DNA from: Dehalococcoidia bacterium
Lineage (GTDB): Bacteria; Chloroflexota; Dehalococcoidia; Lucifugimonadales; UBA3495
Reading direction: 5' to 3'
Assembly: GCA_965237595.1 (NCBI GenBank)
Contig: CBDEFY010000006.1
Location: forward strand, 168,671-232,670
Length of the DNA stretch: 64,000 nt
Shown here piece after piece: positions 19,395 to 28,689 of this stretch (positions are counted from its first letter, which is position 1; each line of letters opens with the position of its first letter). Position numbers and translations under genes: made by a program. Below the pieces are notes generated by a model. It saw only the letters and a program-made list of their open reading frames with translations. It was not told the origin of the DNA and did not search any database.

Positions 19395-20138
19395 ATGACG
19401 CAGAAGACGATCCACGACAGATTTTATAACGCGCGCAACGACCCTTCACTGGTGGTGATAGAAGGATTCCACCCGCTGAAACACGCCATCCGGTTTGGCG
19501 CGGAAGTGCTGGAAGTCGTCAGTCCCAGCCCTCAGGAACTGGCGGAGTTGCAATCCCAGTACGCGCCGGACATCGCCCACGCCACAAATGACCTGGTCAC
19601 CGCAGTCACCGACGACGAATTCGACAAACTGGCTCCGGTGAGTCCCCCCACCCGCGTGATTGCCATCGCCCGGCGTCCGGATGTGGACCTTGCCGGTCTA
19701 CTGGACAACCCGTCCCCGGCTCCGGTGGTCTTGCTGGAGAACCCGAGGAACCTGTTCAACATCGGCGCTGCCGTCCGTGCCGCCGCCGCTGCCGGGGCCG
19801 CCGGAGTGGTGAACACCGGGAACCTGGACCCCTGGAAGCCGGCGGCCTTAACCAGCGGAGTGGGACTTCAGTTCGCCCTGCCGGTGGCCCGCTCCGGTGT
19901 CCGGCCCAGTTGCGGCCGTCCCTTGGTGGCCGTCGACCTTGGCGGCCAGCCTCTATCTGACTTCCGCGTGCCGGACCGGGCATTGCTGGCCTTTGGCACC
20001 GAGCGCCAGGGGCTCACCCGCGAGCTGCTGGACGCCGCAGACCACCGGGTATCCATTCCCATGGAGAACGGGGTTTCCAGTCTGAACTTGGCCTGCTCGG
20101 TAGCGGTGGTCCTGTATCACTGGAAACTTCGGAAGTAA
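19395..20138 (+). CDS. TrmH/SpoU family RNA 2'-O-methyltransferase
   Basis: NPRNLFNIGAAVRAA, AFGTERQGL and IPMENGVSSLNLACSVAVVLY are the SpoU motifs. Confidence 0.8.
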   Translation: MTQKTIHDRFYNARNDPSLVVIEGFHPLKHAIRFGAEVLEVVSPSPQELAELQSQYAPDIAHATNDLVTAVTDDEFDKLAPVSPPTRVIAIARRPDVDLAGLLDNPSPAPVVLLENPRNLFNIGAAVRAAAAAGAAGVVNTGNLDPWKPAALTSGVGLQFALPVARSGVRPSCGRPLVAVDLGGQPLSDFRVPDRALLAFGTERQGLTRELLDAADHRVSIPMENGVSSLNLACSVAVVLYHWKLRK

Positions 20139-20169
20139 CACCAGACATCGAAGCAGAGAGGTATCCACC

Positions 20170-21060
20170 ATGAGCACTAGAGACTTGGTCGGCTACGGCG
20201 CCAATCCCCCGGCGGTCAATTGGCCCGATGAAGCCAGGATCGCCGTCTCGGTGGTGGTCAACTACGAAGAGGGCTCCGAATATTCGATCTTGGACGGAGA
20301 CCCCCAGGGCGAGACCGGAGGCGAGTCGCCGTCTCCCGCCGGGCCCGGAGAGCGGGACTTGGCCAACGAGTCTTTCTACGAGTACGGCAGCCGGGTCGGC
20401 GTCTGGCGGCTGATGAACGTCTTGGACAAGCACAACGTCAAAGGCACCTTCTTCGCCTGCGCCCTGGCCCTGGAACGAAACCCGGAGGTGGGTCCGGAGA
20501 TTGTGCGCCGGGGTCACGAGGTCATGGGCCACGGCAACCGCTGGGAAGAGTATTACAAGATGGACCGGGACTCGGAACGGGAGGCCATCCGCCAGGCGGT
20601 GGAATCCATGACCAAGACCACCGGTCAGCGTCCCATCGGCTGGTACACCCGCTACGGACCCAGCGTCAACACCAGGGAATTGGTGGTCGAAGAGGGCGGT
20701 TTCGAGTATGACTGCAACGCCTACAACGACGACCTGCCCTACTACACAATGGTCCACGGCAAACCCTGGCTGGTGGTGCCCTACTCCCTGGAGGTCAACG
20801 ACTACAAGTTCTGGCGCGGCGATTTGATCACGCCCAGCGATTTCTTCGAAGCGGCCAAGTCCTGCTTCGACATGCTCTACGAGGAGGGGGCCACCCACCC
20901 CAAGATGATGTCGGTGGGCCTCCACTGCCGGATAATCGGCAAGCCCTCACGGGCCTACGCGCTGGACCAATTCCTGAAATACGCCTCGGAGAAAGAAGGG
21001 GTCTGGTTCGCTCGGCGGGACGAGATCGCCCGCTGGTGGAAAGAGCGGTACCCAGCTTAG
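20170..21060 (+). CDS. polysaccharide deacetylase family protein, PuuE-type allantoinase-like
   Basis: VVNYEEGSE..YEYGSRVGVWRL..GTFFACALALERNPE..GHEVMGHGNRW..SVGLHCRIIGKPSR matches the PuuE/urate-catabolism deacetylase pattern. Confidence 0.7.
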   Translation: MSTRDLVGYGANPPAVNWPDEARIAVSVVVNYEEGSEYSILDGDPQGETGGESPSPAGPGERDLANESFYEYGSRVGVWRLMNVLDKHNVKGTFFACALALERNPEVGPEIVRRGHEVMGHGNRWEEYYKMDRDSEREAIRQAVESMTKTTGQRPIGWYTRYGPSVNTRELVVEEGGFEYDCNAYNDDLPYYTMVHGKPWLVVPYSLEVNDYKFWRGDLITPSDFFEAAKSCFDMLYEEGATHPKMMSVGLHCRIIGKPSRAYALDQFLKYASEKEGVWFARRDEIARWWKERYPA

Positions 21061-21115
21061 CCCAGCGGCCAATGCCCAAAACGAAGGAACGACACCAGAA
21101 CGAAGGAGGCGGAAT

Positions 21116-21550
21116 TTGATAAAGCTGACCGACGATATGCGCGACCTGGTGAACAACGCCCGGGAAAGCGGCAACCCGTGCATCGTCGCCACGGCCTCCC
21201 CCGACGGGACACCCAACTGCGGATACATCGGGACGGTCTTGGCCCTGGACGAAAGCTCATTCGTCTACCGGGACCGGACCGGGCGCACACCCCTTGAGCA
21301 TATCGAGGACAACGCCAAGGTGTTGCTGCTGTTCCGCCACTCCGAACAGCAGCTGGGCTGGAAGTTCCGATGCACCGCCTCGGTGCACCGGGAAGGCCCG
21401 GTCTACGACGACTCCATCAACCGTCTCTTCGAGTCTGGACTGATTACCGACCCTGAATCAAAGACCGCTGCGGTGGTGTTGCAGGTCGACCAGGTGCTGA
21501 CCCTGTTCGGTGAGGTGCTGCAGGAAAGGGAACCCGGGCTCCGCTGGTAG
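21116..21550 (+). CDS. pyridoxamine 5'-phosphate oxidase family (FMN-binding split-barrel) protein
   Basis: NPCIVATASPDGTPNCGYIG..FVYRDRTGR..LLFRH pattern. TTG start with GAAGGAGG upstream. Confidence 0.6.
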   Translation: MIKLTDDMRDLVNNARESGNPCIVATASPDGTPNCGYIGTVLALDESSFVYRDRTGRTPLEHIEDNAKVLLLFRHSEQQLGWKFRCTASVHREGPVYDDSINRLFESGLITDPESKTAAVVLQVDQVLTLFGEVLQEREPGLRW

Positions 21551-21556
21551 GGCGGA

Positions 21557-22327
21557 CTACCGGTCCCCAAACTCAGGCGTCCGTTTCTCCAAGAAGGCCG
21601 ACATTCCCTCATGGGGGACCGGGGTGGTGAAGATGCGGGCGAATTCCTTGATGGTGAACTCGGCGGACTCCTCTTCCCCCAACTCCAACCACTTGGCGAC
21701 GATATTCTTCTGGGACGCCAGCACGTCCCGGCTCATGCCCAGAAACTGGTTGGCCGTTTCATGGGCCGCGTCCATCAATGAGCCGGCAGGCACGACCCGG
21801 TCCACCAGCCCCATGGCCAAGGCTTCCGACGCGTCCACGGTCTCGCCGGTGAGCAGCAGGCGGCGGGCCCGGCCCAGTCCAATGGTCGGCGGCAGCAGCG
21901 ACGCCTCAATCACCGACGGGATACCCACCCGTACCTCGGGCAACCCCAACACTGCATCCTCTGCAGCGATACGTATGTCGCAGGCCAGGACCAGTTCCAG
22001 CGCCCCGCCTAGACACGGGCCCCTGATGGCGGCGATGGCGGGAACGGCCATGGTGAGCAGCTTTCTGGCCGGTCCGTGCAAGGCCGTGATGAACGACTCG
22101 GCGTCCGCCGGGTCTAGGTCTTTCATCTGATGGAGGTCCACTCCGGCGGAGAAGGCGCGGTCGCCGGACCCGGTGAGGATAACGGCCCGGACGCTCCGGT
22201 CCCGCTCCAGCCGGTCCAACTCAGCCTTCAAAGTTAGAAAGGTTTTTTCGCCCAGCAGGTTCAGCGGTCCTCGACCCTCCAGCTTGGTGACTGCCACCCC
22301 TGGTTGTGCTCCGTTGGTGTCGGTCAT
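21557..22327 (-). CDS. enoyl-CoA hydratase/isomerase (crotonase) family protein
   Basis: VRAVILTGSGDRAFSAGVDL..AIAAIRGPCLGGALELVLACDIRIAAEDAVLGLPEVRVGI. Start at MTDTNG with GGAGGA upstream. Confidence 0.85.
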   Translation of the reverse strand: MTDTNGAQPGVAVTKLEGRGPLNLLGEKTFLTLKAELDRLERDRSVRAVILTGSGDRAFSAGVDLHQMKDLDPADAESFITALHGPARKLLTMAVPAIAAIRGPCLGGALELVLACDIRIAAEDAVLGLPEVRVGIPSVIEASLLPPTIGLGRARRLLLTGETVDASEALAMGLVDRVVPAGSLMDAAHETANQFLGMSRDVLASQKNIVAKWLELGEEESAEFTIKEFARIFTTPVPHEGMSAFLEKRTPEFGDR

Positions 22328-22400
22328 CAGTCCTCCGGCCGGGTTCCGGCCCAGCGACGCCGCATATTTTGCTTTGACGTATAATACCGCCCGTATCATA

Positions 22401-22430
22401 CAGACGCGGGCAGACGCGGGCAGACGCGGG
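22401..22430. repeat. 3 x 10-bp perfect tandem repeat (CAGACGCGGG) in the divergent promoter region
   Basis: Read directly from the sequence. It lies between the crotonase gene start (22327, -) and the ThuA-like gene start (22470, +). Confidence 0.9.
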
Positions 22431-22469
22431 AACGCCAATTACACAAATCAACAACCGGAGGCAACAGAA

Positions 22470-23165
22470 GTGAAGCTGCTTGTAATCACCGGCGGAAGGC
22501 ACCCCTACGAAGAGTCCACCCCCATACTTGAGAGTTTCCTTAAGTCGGCAGGACATGACGTGACCGTTTCCGAAGACGCCTGGGTGCTGGGCGACACAGC
22601 GGGCATGGGCGCCTACGACGCCCTGGTGTTCAACACCCGGCGGGAGAACGCCGCCGACTTCGCGGAGATGAAACTATCCTTGGCCGAGCAGAATGGAATA
22701 AAAGATTTCGTCAAGTCCGGTAAGGGATTCGTCTGCCTGCACATCTCGGGCTGCGGGGCCGATTACTGGTCCGAGTTCGCCGAGATCACCGGAGGCGGCT
22801 GGGTCACCGGCACCAGCTACCATCCCCCCTACGGAAACTTTGGTGTTCACGTCAGCAATACCGGCCACGTGGGCGTCGCCGGTGTCTCCGACTTCAGCAC
22901 CGACGACGAGTTGTACATGGGCATCGACTACAAAGACGGGAACGACATCTTCCTAACCGGGACCTCCGAAGAGGGCACCTGGCCCTGGGGACCGGACCGC
23001 GCCCCCACCCACATGCCGGGCGGGACGTTCCCCCTGGGCTGGACCCGCACCTACGGCCAGGGCAAGGTCTTCACCCTACTGCTGGGCCACGACGGGAAGA
23101 GCTTCCAGTCGCCGGAGTTCCAGAAGATGGTGCTCAACGGCGTCCAGTGGGCTACCGCCGCCTAG
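22470..23165 (+). CDS. ThuA domain-containing protein
   Basis: LLVITGGRHPYE..GKGFVCLH..GWTRTYGQGKVFTLLLGHD..NGVQWA. GTG start with GGAGG upstream. Confidence 0.7.
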   Translation: MKLLVITGGRHPYEESTPILESFLKSAGHDVTVSEDAWVLGDTAGMGAYDALVFNTRRENAADFAEMKLSLAEQNGIKDFVKSGKGFVCLHISGCGADYWSEFAEITGGGWVTGTSYHPPYGNFGVHVSNTGHVGVAGVSDFSTDDELYMGIDYKDGNDIFLTGTSEEGTWPWGPDRAPTHMPGGTFPLGWTRTYGQGKVFTLLLGHDGKSFQSPEFQKMVLNGVQWATAA

Positions 23166-23350
23166 ATGATATTCAAGCTTTTCAGGTTGGTGACCTTGCC
23201 GTTAAGCCTCGCCATGAAGCTGGCGCGGCTCCCACTCACCATCATGAGTTGCATCACCAAGCTGGGTCGCCTCTTGGTGGTTATCGGCATCCCGGCGGGA
23301 ATCGTGGTGTTGTACGTTGATCTGACTTAACAACTCCCACCGGCCCAATC

Positions 23351-23473
23351 GAATAAAAACATGACTCATCCCGGGATTTGCCAGGGATGGCGAACTCAAG
23401 CGCATTGGCAGCACGCGGGCGGCGCCCAGGTGGGTTCATCCGAGTGAAATCCGGGATGGTTCATGTTTAGTTC
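23351..23473. repeat. about 120-bp element bounded by about 24-30-bp imperfect inverted repeats (MITE-like or structured RNA)
   Basis: AAACATGACTCATCCCGGGATTT (23357-23379) pairs with AAATCCGGGATGGTTCATGTTT (23447-23468). A GC-rich 67-nt core sits between the arms, in an intergenic region between convergent genes. Confidence 0.5.
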
Positions 23474-23520
23474 ACCTAGCGAACCGCCTTAGTCAGGTGT
23501 AAGAAACCTAAATTGTCCGC

Positions 23521-24471
23521 TTAATTGGGAACTAGGTTGGGAGTAGGCTCGATAGGCAACCCTGGATGACCGGTTAACGTCTCTCCTAAATCTTGCATCT
23601 CACGCGCCCTCTTTTTCACCTCAGGGAGAACAGATTCAATCTTATCGATGTCCAAGTCGGCCGCAACACCAGGGTAGCCGGCGCGCTCGATCATCGGTCC
23701 CAGTTTTTTGCCGTCGATCTGTTCCATGACCCAAGCGAGAGGGTCGGTTACCAGCGTCCTGTCCCAATAGATCCGATGGTTCTTATTCCTGGGGCCATAG
23801 TGGTAATGGGGGCCATCCCAGAAAAGGTCGAAGGCCATTATCTCGGTCTCTTCCACGTAGGTCTTTCCGGGGGTACCGGCCAAGTCGGCCAGTACATGGA
23901 TCGCAAGGCCGCCGTCTCCAACCGGAAGCCGCCGCATCTCCAAACCGAACCGGATATTCCCCGCTTCGAAGATGTCCGTGCCCCGATTGTGCTTAACCGT
24001 ATTCCGCTTGGTGGCGAAAAGGTCCCTGGCGCATGCATCCAAATCAGGAAGGACGTCCATTAGCTCTTCAAGGTCGACCTTCTCGGCAATCTCCGGATAT
24101 CCTGCTCTTACCAGCATGTCCGGTAGCTTCTTCTCCAGGGTCTTGATGGTCCAACCTATCGGATTGCCATCAGCTATCGGGTCCATCCGGTACATTTTCC
24201 CCATGCCTGTGGGGAGGACTGCCTGGCCCGCAAGCATCATGGGCCCCTCAGTTTTCAGATCGGGATTCTCCGGACCATAGATATAGCTTCTTTCAATGTC
24301 GAAGCAATTGAACCGAAGAAGGGCTGTCTCCTTACCATCGACATCGCCTGCAACCACGATCGATACCCCTTGGTCCGCGTGGTCTTGGATATTGCCGTCC
24401 CACAGTTCATGCCTGGCTATGAACGTCACGGGACCGGTCACGAATCTGGTCTTTTTCTCTGCTTGAACCAT
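23521..24471 (-). CDS. hypothetical protein with internal two-fold repeat
   Basis: Two homologous halves: ..FNCFDIERSYIYGPENP..VRAGYPEIAEKVDLEELMDVLPDL.. and ..AFDLFWDGPHYHYGPRNK..ERAGYPGVAADLDIDKIESVLPEV... I recognise no family. Confidence 0.5.
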   Translation of the reverse strand: MVQAEKKTRFVTGPVTFIARHELWDGNIQDHADQGVSIVVAGDVDGKETALLRFNCFDIERSYIYGPENPDLKTEGPMMLAGQAVLPTGMGKMYRMDPIADGNPIGWTIKTLEKKLPDMLVRAGYPEIAEKVDLEELMDVLPDLDACARDLFATKRNTVKHNRGTDIFEAGNIRFGLEMRRLPVGDGGLAIHVLADLAGTPGKTYVEETEIMAFDLFWDGPHYHYGPRNKNHRIYWDRTLVTDPLAWVMEQIDGKKLGPMIERAGYPGVAADLDIDKIESVLPEVKKRAREMQDLGETLTGHPGLPIEPTPNLVPN

Positions 24472-24584
24472 TTCCTAGAACACCTCTTTAAGATTTTAGT
24501 TGGGGTTATCTTGAACCGCTGCAGACGGAGACGAAGCGGTATTAGCGCCCACCCAAGCAGCTGGGTAACTGCGGGGCCGCCCCG

Positions 24585-24836
24585 TCAGCCACCGGCGGGT
24601 TTTATCAGATCAAACTGGTCTGCGGTCAAGTTGAAGGTACGCCCCTCGAGCCGGTCCCATTTGATTACCAGCCACTGAAGTTTCCCGGCCTTTCGCTTGA
24701 TCGTCACCTCACCAAGGTCTCCAGCCTCTATCGTGAAGGCGGGGCCGCCGATGGGGGCCCCTCCCATGTCATTTTTGACCGCGAAAGACTCGACGGCTTC
24801 AACCCGCGACCCGGCTTCAAGAATGTCCCAACTCAT
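24585..24836 (-). CDS. small hypothetical protein (83 aa)
   Basis: ORF placed 8 nt downstream of the LLM monooxygenase gene on the same strand. No recognisable motif. Confidence 0.35.
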   Translation of the reverse strand: MSWDILEAGSRVEAVESFAVKNDMGGAPIGGPAFTIEAGDLGEVTIKRKAGKLQWLVIKWDRLEGRTFNLTADQFDLIKPAGG

Positions 24837-24846
24837 ATTTCCTCTG

Positions 24847-25890
24847 CTACCCCAGGTTCGGGGTCACCTTTTCCATTATCATGCGCAAGCTGTTCAGCTG
24901 GTTCTTCAAGGGAAACTGGTTGCCGTAGTTGACCTCGAACATTATCTGGTCCAGGCCCAGTTCTTCGGTCAGTGTCTGCAGCTTCTCGGTCACCGCTTCC
25001 GGGGTGCCGAAGGCCACTTTGTCCCGTACCCAGTCGTCGTAGGACATATTCTTAACGGTCTCGGCCTCTTGGCCCCAGTTGCCGGTGGTGCCTCCGTACT
25101 CGGCGTAGCTGGCCACCCGGTCCGACAGCCGCCCCATGGAGAATAGAGCGCTTTCCTTGGGTTCGTCGTGGGCCTTCTGCGCGTCCTGCGAGAGGTAGAT
25201 GGGCACCCTCAGTCCGACCTTGCCTCTGCCCTTGTGGCCGGCGTCTTTCCAGGCCTGATGGTATTCCCCTATCTGGGGCTTTAGCCCGGTCAGAGTGAAT
25301 ACTCGGGAGGGATTAATCAAGATGTCGTAGCCCATGCGGCCGGTAGTCGGGAAACTCTCGGCGGAAGTTACCCCCACCCGCACCGGGGGGTGGGGCTCCT
25401 GATAAGGCTTGGGGGTTACCGTTAGGTCCTTTAGATTGTAGTACTCCCCTTCAAATGAGAACGTCTCGTTGGTCCAGGCCTTGAGTATGATTTCCAGGCT
25501 CTCTTCGAAGCGGCCCCGGCTCTCGAAGAAGGGGGAATTGAAACCTTCGTGGACGTTGGGGAATGTGCCGCGCCCGATGCCAAATTCCACCCGGCCTCCG
25601 CTGACCAAGTCGAGGGTGGCAATCTCCTCGGCCACCTTCACCGGGTTGGCCAAAGGCAGCAAGACCACCGCAGTGCCCAGCCGGATGCGCTCGGTCCGGG
25701 CTGCGATATTGCTCAAGATGGTGATGGGCGAGGCCAACACTCGTCCGGGACTGAAGTGGTATTCGGCCAACCATAGGGAGTCGACTCCCAGTTTCTCGGC
25801 CTCGTTGACCAAGACGAAGGAATCGTCGAAGGCCTCCCTTTCCGTTCCCCCTTCCCGTATTGGGAATTCCAGGAACATACCAAATTCCAC
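24847..25890 (-). CDS. LLM-class (luciferase-like) flavin-dependent oxidoreductase
   Basis: LWLAEYHFSP..LGTAVVLLPLANPVKVAEEIATLDLVSGGRVEFGIGRG.. is the typical bacterial luciferase-like TIM-barrel pattern. Confidence 0.85.
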   Translation of the reverse strand: MEFGMFLEFPIREGGTEREAFDDSFVLVNEAEKLGVDSLWLAEYHFSPGRVLASPITILSNIAARTERIRLGTAVVLLPLANPVKVAEEIATLDLVSGGRVEFGIGRGTFPNVHEGFNSPFFESRGRFEESLEIILKAWTNETFSFEGEYYNLKDLTVTPKPYQEPHPPVRVGVTSAESFPTTGRMGYDILINPSRVFTLTGLKPQIGEYHQAWKDAGHKGRGKVGLRVPIYLSQDAQKAHDEPKESALFSMGRLSDRVASYAEYGGTTGNWGQEAETVKNMSYDDWVRDKVAFGTPEAVTEKLQTLTEELGLDQIMFEVNYGNQFPLKNQLNSLRMIMEKVTPNLG

Positions 25891-26016
25891 GGCGGGCCTC
25901 CCTGTCTGGGGCGCGGTTTAGTGACCAGAACCGGCGCCCATCTACTTTCCAAAGGTGTAAATCGGCATTTCAAAGGGAATGTCGGCGTTATGATAGTACA
26001 GTCCGGTGGGTGGCCG

Positions 26017-26493
26017 TCAAGGAGAAGCCGGGTATCTCAGTCTCAACCGGCGTGGGGCGGGGTTCAAGCTAATCAGCAATTCCCGCACCTGTTTGGCGTT
26101 GTTTAACCGCACCAAGTGAGAACGGCACCGACAATCCGACGAGCCAAATCCCGGCGCGGGTAGCGACACCTCGTTTCTGGCGGCGCCGCCGCGGGCCCAA
26201 ACACACTCCCAACGCTGTCCGTCCGCCAACTGCCAGGCCTGGGTCCAGGGTACTTCCGCGCCGAGGTAGTCGGCATGCCAGTGGAGTTTCTTCTCGCGGC
26301 TCAGATGCCGGGCCACCCGCGCCCGCAAGCCACCCAAAGCGCTGCCGAAATAGATGTAGTGGCCCCGGGGAAACTTGACCAAGCCCAGCTTGCCGACAAT
26401 TACCTTGCGACGGGAAGGAAGACGCAGAACCAGGGCGTAGCTGCCTGTCTGGCGGGTCTTTGCCTTTACAGGTTTGGAAGCAGTGTCTGCCAT
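26017..26493 (-). CDS. DUF123 / GIY-YIG-superfamily (Uri-like) domain protein
   Basis: GSYALVLRL..GHYIYFGSALGGLRARVARHL..KKLHWHADYL matches the DUF123 pattern. Confidence 0.6.
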   Translation of the reverse strand: MADTASKPVKAKTRQTGSYALVLRLPSRRKVIVGKLGLVKFPRGHYIYFGSALGGLRARVARHLSREKKLHWHADYLGAEVPWTQAWQLADGQRWECVWARGGAARNEVSLPAPGFGSSDCRCRSHLVRLNNAKQVRELLISLNPAPRRLRLRYPASP

Positions 26494-26532
26494 TAGACCA
26501 CCCAGGCGTAGGGGCACGGCAATGCCGTGCCC

Positions 26533-27561
26533 CTACGCCTGGGGTTGGATTATCACCTTTAGGGATGACTGGGCCTCGGCGGTGAGCTTGAACCCCAAGG
26601 CCGCTTCTTTCAGTCCCAACCGGTGGCTGATCATCGGTCCCACTTGGACCCGGCCGGAACCAATCATATCCAGTGCCGTGGCCAGATCGGCTGGAGCGCC
26701 GGCGTAGGTGGTGGTCAGGGTGGCGTCGTTGCGGAAGAATAGATCGTTCACCGGTACCGAGATGTTTACTCCCGGTTCGGTGGGGGCGAAGAACAACACC
26801 GTGCCGCCCCGGTCCACCGAGTCCAACCCCTGCTGCAACGCCGGCGGCGCTCCGGTGCAGACGATGACCAAGTCGGCCAGACGGCCGTCGTTCACCTCGC
26901 GGAGCCGGGCCGGAACGTCCTCGGTGGCCAGAAATGTGAAATCGGCCCCCAGGTTCTTGGCAGCCTCCAACCGGGCCGGGACCATGTCGGTGGCCACGAT
27001 GCGGCCGGCGCCCAAGGCCCTGGCCAGATTGATGTGCAGCAGTCCGGCCAGGCCGCTGCCCAGAACGATGACGGTCTGTCCGGGCTGGATGTTGGCCCGG
27101 CGCTGGCCCCGGTAAACGCAGGCCAACGGCTCGGCAAACGACGCTTCATCAAAAGATAGGCCGTTGGGCATGGTGAACACGCCCCGGTCGACGTTGATGG
27201 CCGGGACCCGCAGGTACTCGGAGAACCCGCCGGGGTCGAAGGTGGTCTCCCGGAGGGTGTCGCAGACGGTGTGATGACCGCTCAGGCAGTAGTGGCAGGC
27301 GTTGCAGGGTACGTGATGGGTAACGACCATCCGGTCGCCCTCTTTGAACCGGTCAACCCCGGCCCCTGCCTGGACCACGGTCCCGGCCACCTCGTGCCCC
27401 AGGACCATGGGAGCTTTCTGGATGCGGTACCACTCCATGACGTCGCTGCCGCAGATGCCGCTGGCCTCCACCTTCACCAGCAACTCGCCGGGGCCGATCT
27501 TCGGCACCGGCATCTCTTCCACCCGAACGTCGTGGTTGTTGTAGTACATGGCGACACGCAT
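26533..27561 (-). CDS. zinc-dependent alcohol/polyol dehydrogenase (MDR family)
   Basis: VEASGICGSDVMEW..GHEVAGTVV..C..CHYCLSGHHTVC..VLGSGLAGLL show the catalytic and structural Zn ligands and the Rossmann GxGxxG. Confidence 0.85.
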   Translation of the reverse strand: MRVAMYYNNHDVRVEEMPVPKIGPGELLVKVEASGICGSDVMEWYRIQKAPMVLGHEVAGTVVQAGAGVDRFKEGDRMVVTHHVPCNACHYCLSGHHTVCDTLRETTFDPGGFSEYLRVPAINVDRGVFTMPNGLSFDEASFAEPLACVYRGQRRANIQPGQTVIVLGSGLAGLLHINLARALGAGRIVATDMVPARLEAAKNLGADFTFLATEDVPARLREVNDGRLADLVIVCTGAPPALQQGLDSVDRGGTVLFFAPTEPGVNISVPVNDLFFRNDATLTTTYAGAPADLATALDMIGSGRVQVGPMISHRLGLKEAALGFKLTAEAQSSLKVIIQPQA

Positions 27562-27750
27562 TTCAGTTAACACTTCCTAATCGATAATCGGCGATGCCAT
27601 CACCGTTCGTGGTGTCCTTCCTAGGAAAGGCGTCGAACCATGAACGCGCCGAAGTCAGAGTCCTTCGACGGAGCTCAGGACGAACGGATAACCTAAACGG
27701 GAACGTCCAAACTGGTCACTACGACTCTGAACAATCGCGAATAAAGGGAC

Positions 27751-28572
27751 CTATGCCGGCAGCGAAGCGACCCGGCCGTTGCCGGCCTTGACGCTGTCGA
27801 AGACCTCTTGGGCCTCCGCCACCGTGCCGTTCTCGTGGACGATGTGGCGCAGCGCCCGGATCATGGGCACCGGGAGCTCGCTCTGCCAGATGTTCCGGCC
27901 CAGGTTGATGCCGATGGAGCCGTTGTCCATGCCGTCCTTGACGAACTCCAAGACCTCCTGCTCCGTGTCGGCCTGGGGTCCGCCGGCCATCATGACCGGC
28001 ACCGGGCAACCGGCAACCACCTTGTCGAAGTCTTCGCACCAATAGGTCTTGACCACCTTGGCGCCCAACTCGGCGCAGATGCGGCAGCAGAGGGCCAGGT
28101 ACCGGGAGTCCCGCTTCTCCAGTTCTTTGCCCACGGCGGTTACAGCCATCACCGGGATGCCGTATTTCTCACCCTCGTCCACCAGCTTGCCCAGGTTGAG
28201 CAGGGATTCCTTTTCATACTCGGTGCCGATGAAGATCGAGATGCCCACCGCGGCCACGTTTAGGCGTACAGCATCTTCCATGGACGTGGTGATTCCCTCG
28301 TTGGCTAGGTCGGCGCCCACCATGCTGGTGCCGCCGGATGCCCTTAGAATCACCGGCTTGTCCATCGCCGGGTCGACTACGGCCCGCAACACCCCGCGGG
28401 TTACGAAGAGGGCGTCGGCATAGGGAAGCAGGGGTTTGATAGTCTCGCCCGGTTGCTCCAGCATCCGGGTTGGGCCCTGAAAATACCCATGGTCGATGGG
28501 CAAGAACATGCAATGGCCGTCGGGTTGAATCAATCGCGCCATTCGGTTCGCCATTCCCCAGTCCATATCCAT
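27751..28572 (-). CDS. class I aldolase, DhnA/LsrF (DeoC/LacD) family
   Basis: FLPIDHGYFQGP..ILRASGG..AVGISIFIG..KVVKTYW..MAGGP matches the LsrF/DhnA-type aldolase pattern, with a Schiff-base Lys context in VVKTY. Confidence 0.7.
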   Translation of the reverse strand: MDMDWGMANRMARLIQPDGHCMFLPIDHGYFQGPTRMLEQPGETIKPLLPYADALFVTRGVLRAVVDPAMDKPVILRASGGTSMVGADLANEGITTSMEDAVRLNVAAVGISIFIGTEYEKESLLNLGKLVDEGEKYGIPVMAVTAVGKELEKRDSRYLALCCRICAELGAKVVKTYWCEDFDKVVAGCPVPVMMAGGPQADTEQEVLEFVKDGMDNGSIGINLGRNIWQSELPVPMIRALRHIVHENGTVAEAQEVFDSVKAGNGRVASLPA

Positions 28573-28689
28573 ACCTCTCCGTTGTTTGAATCTCCTGGGC
28601 TTTGTGTCTGCCGGGTTTTTAACCACTCGAGCCCTTGGCCCCGGTCAGTCCAATCTTATGTTGACTGGGCTCCGGGGATATTATCTCCG

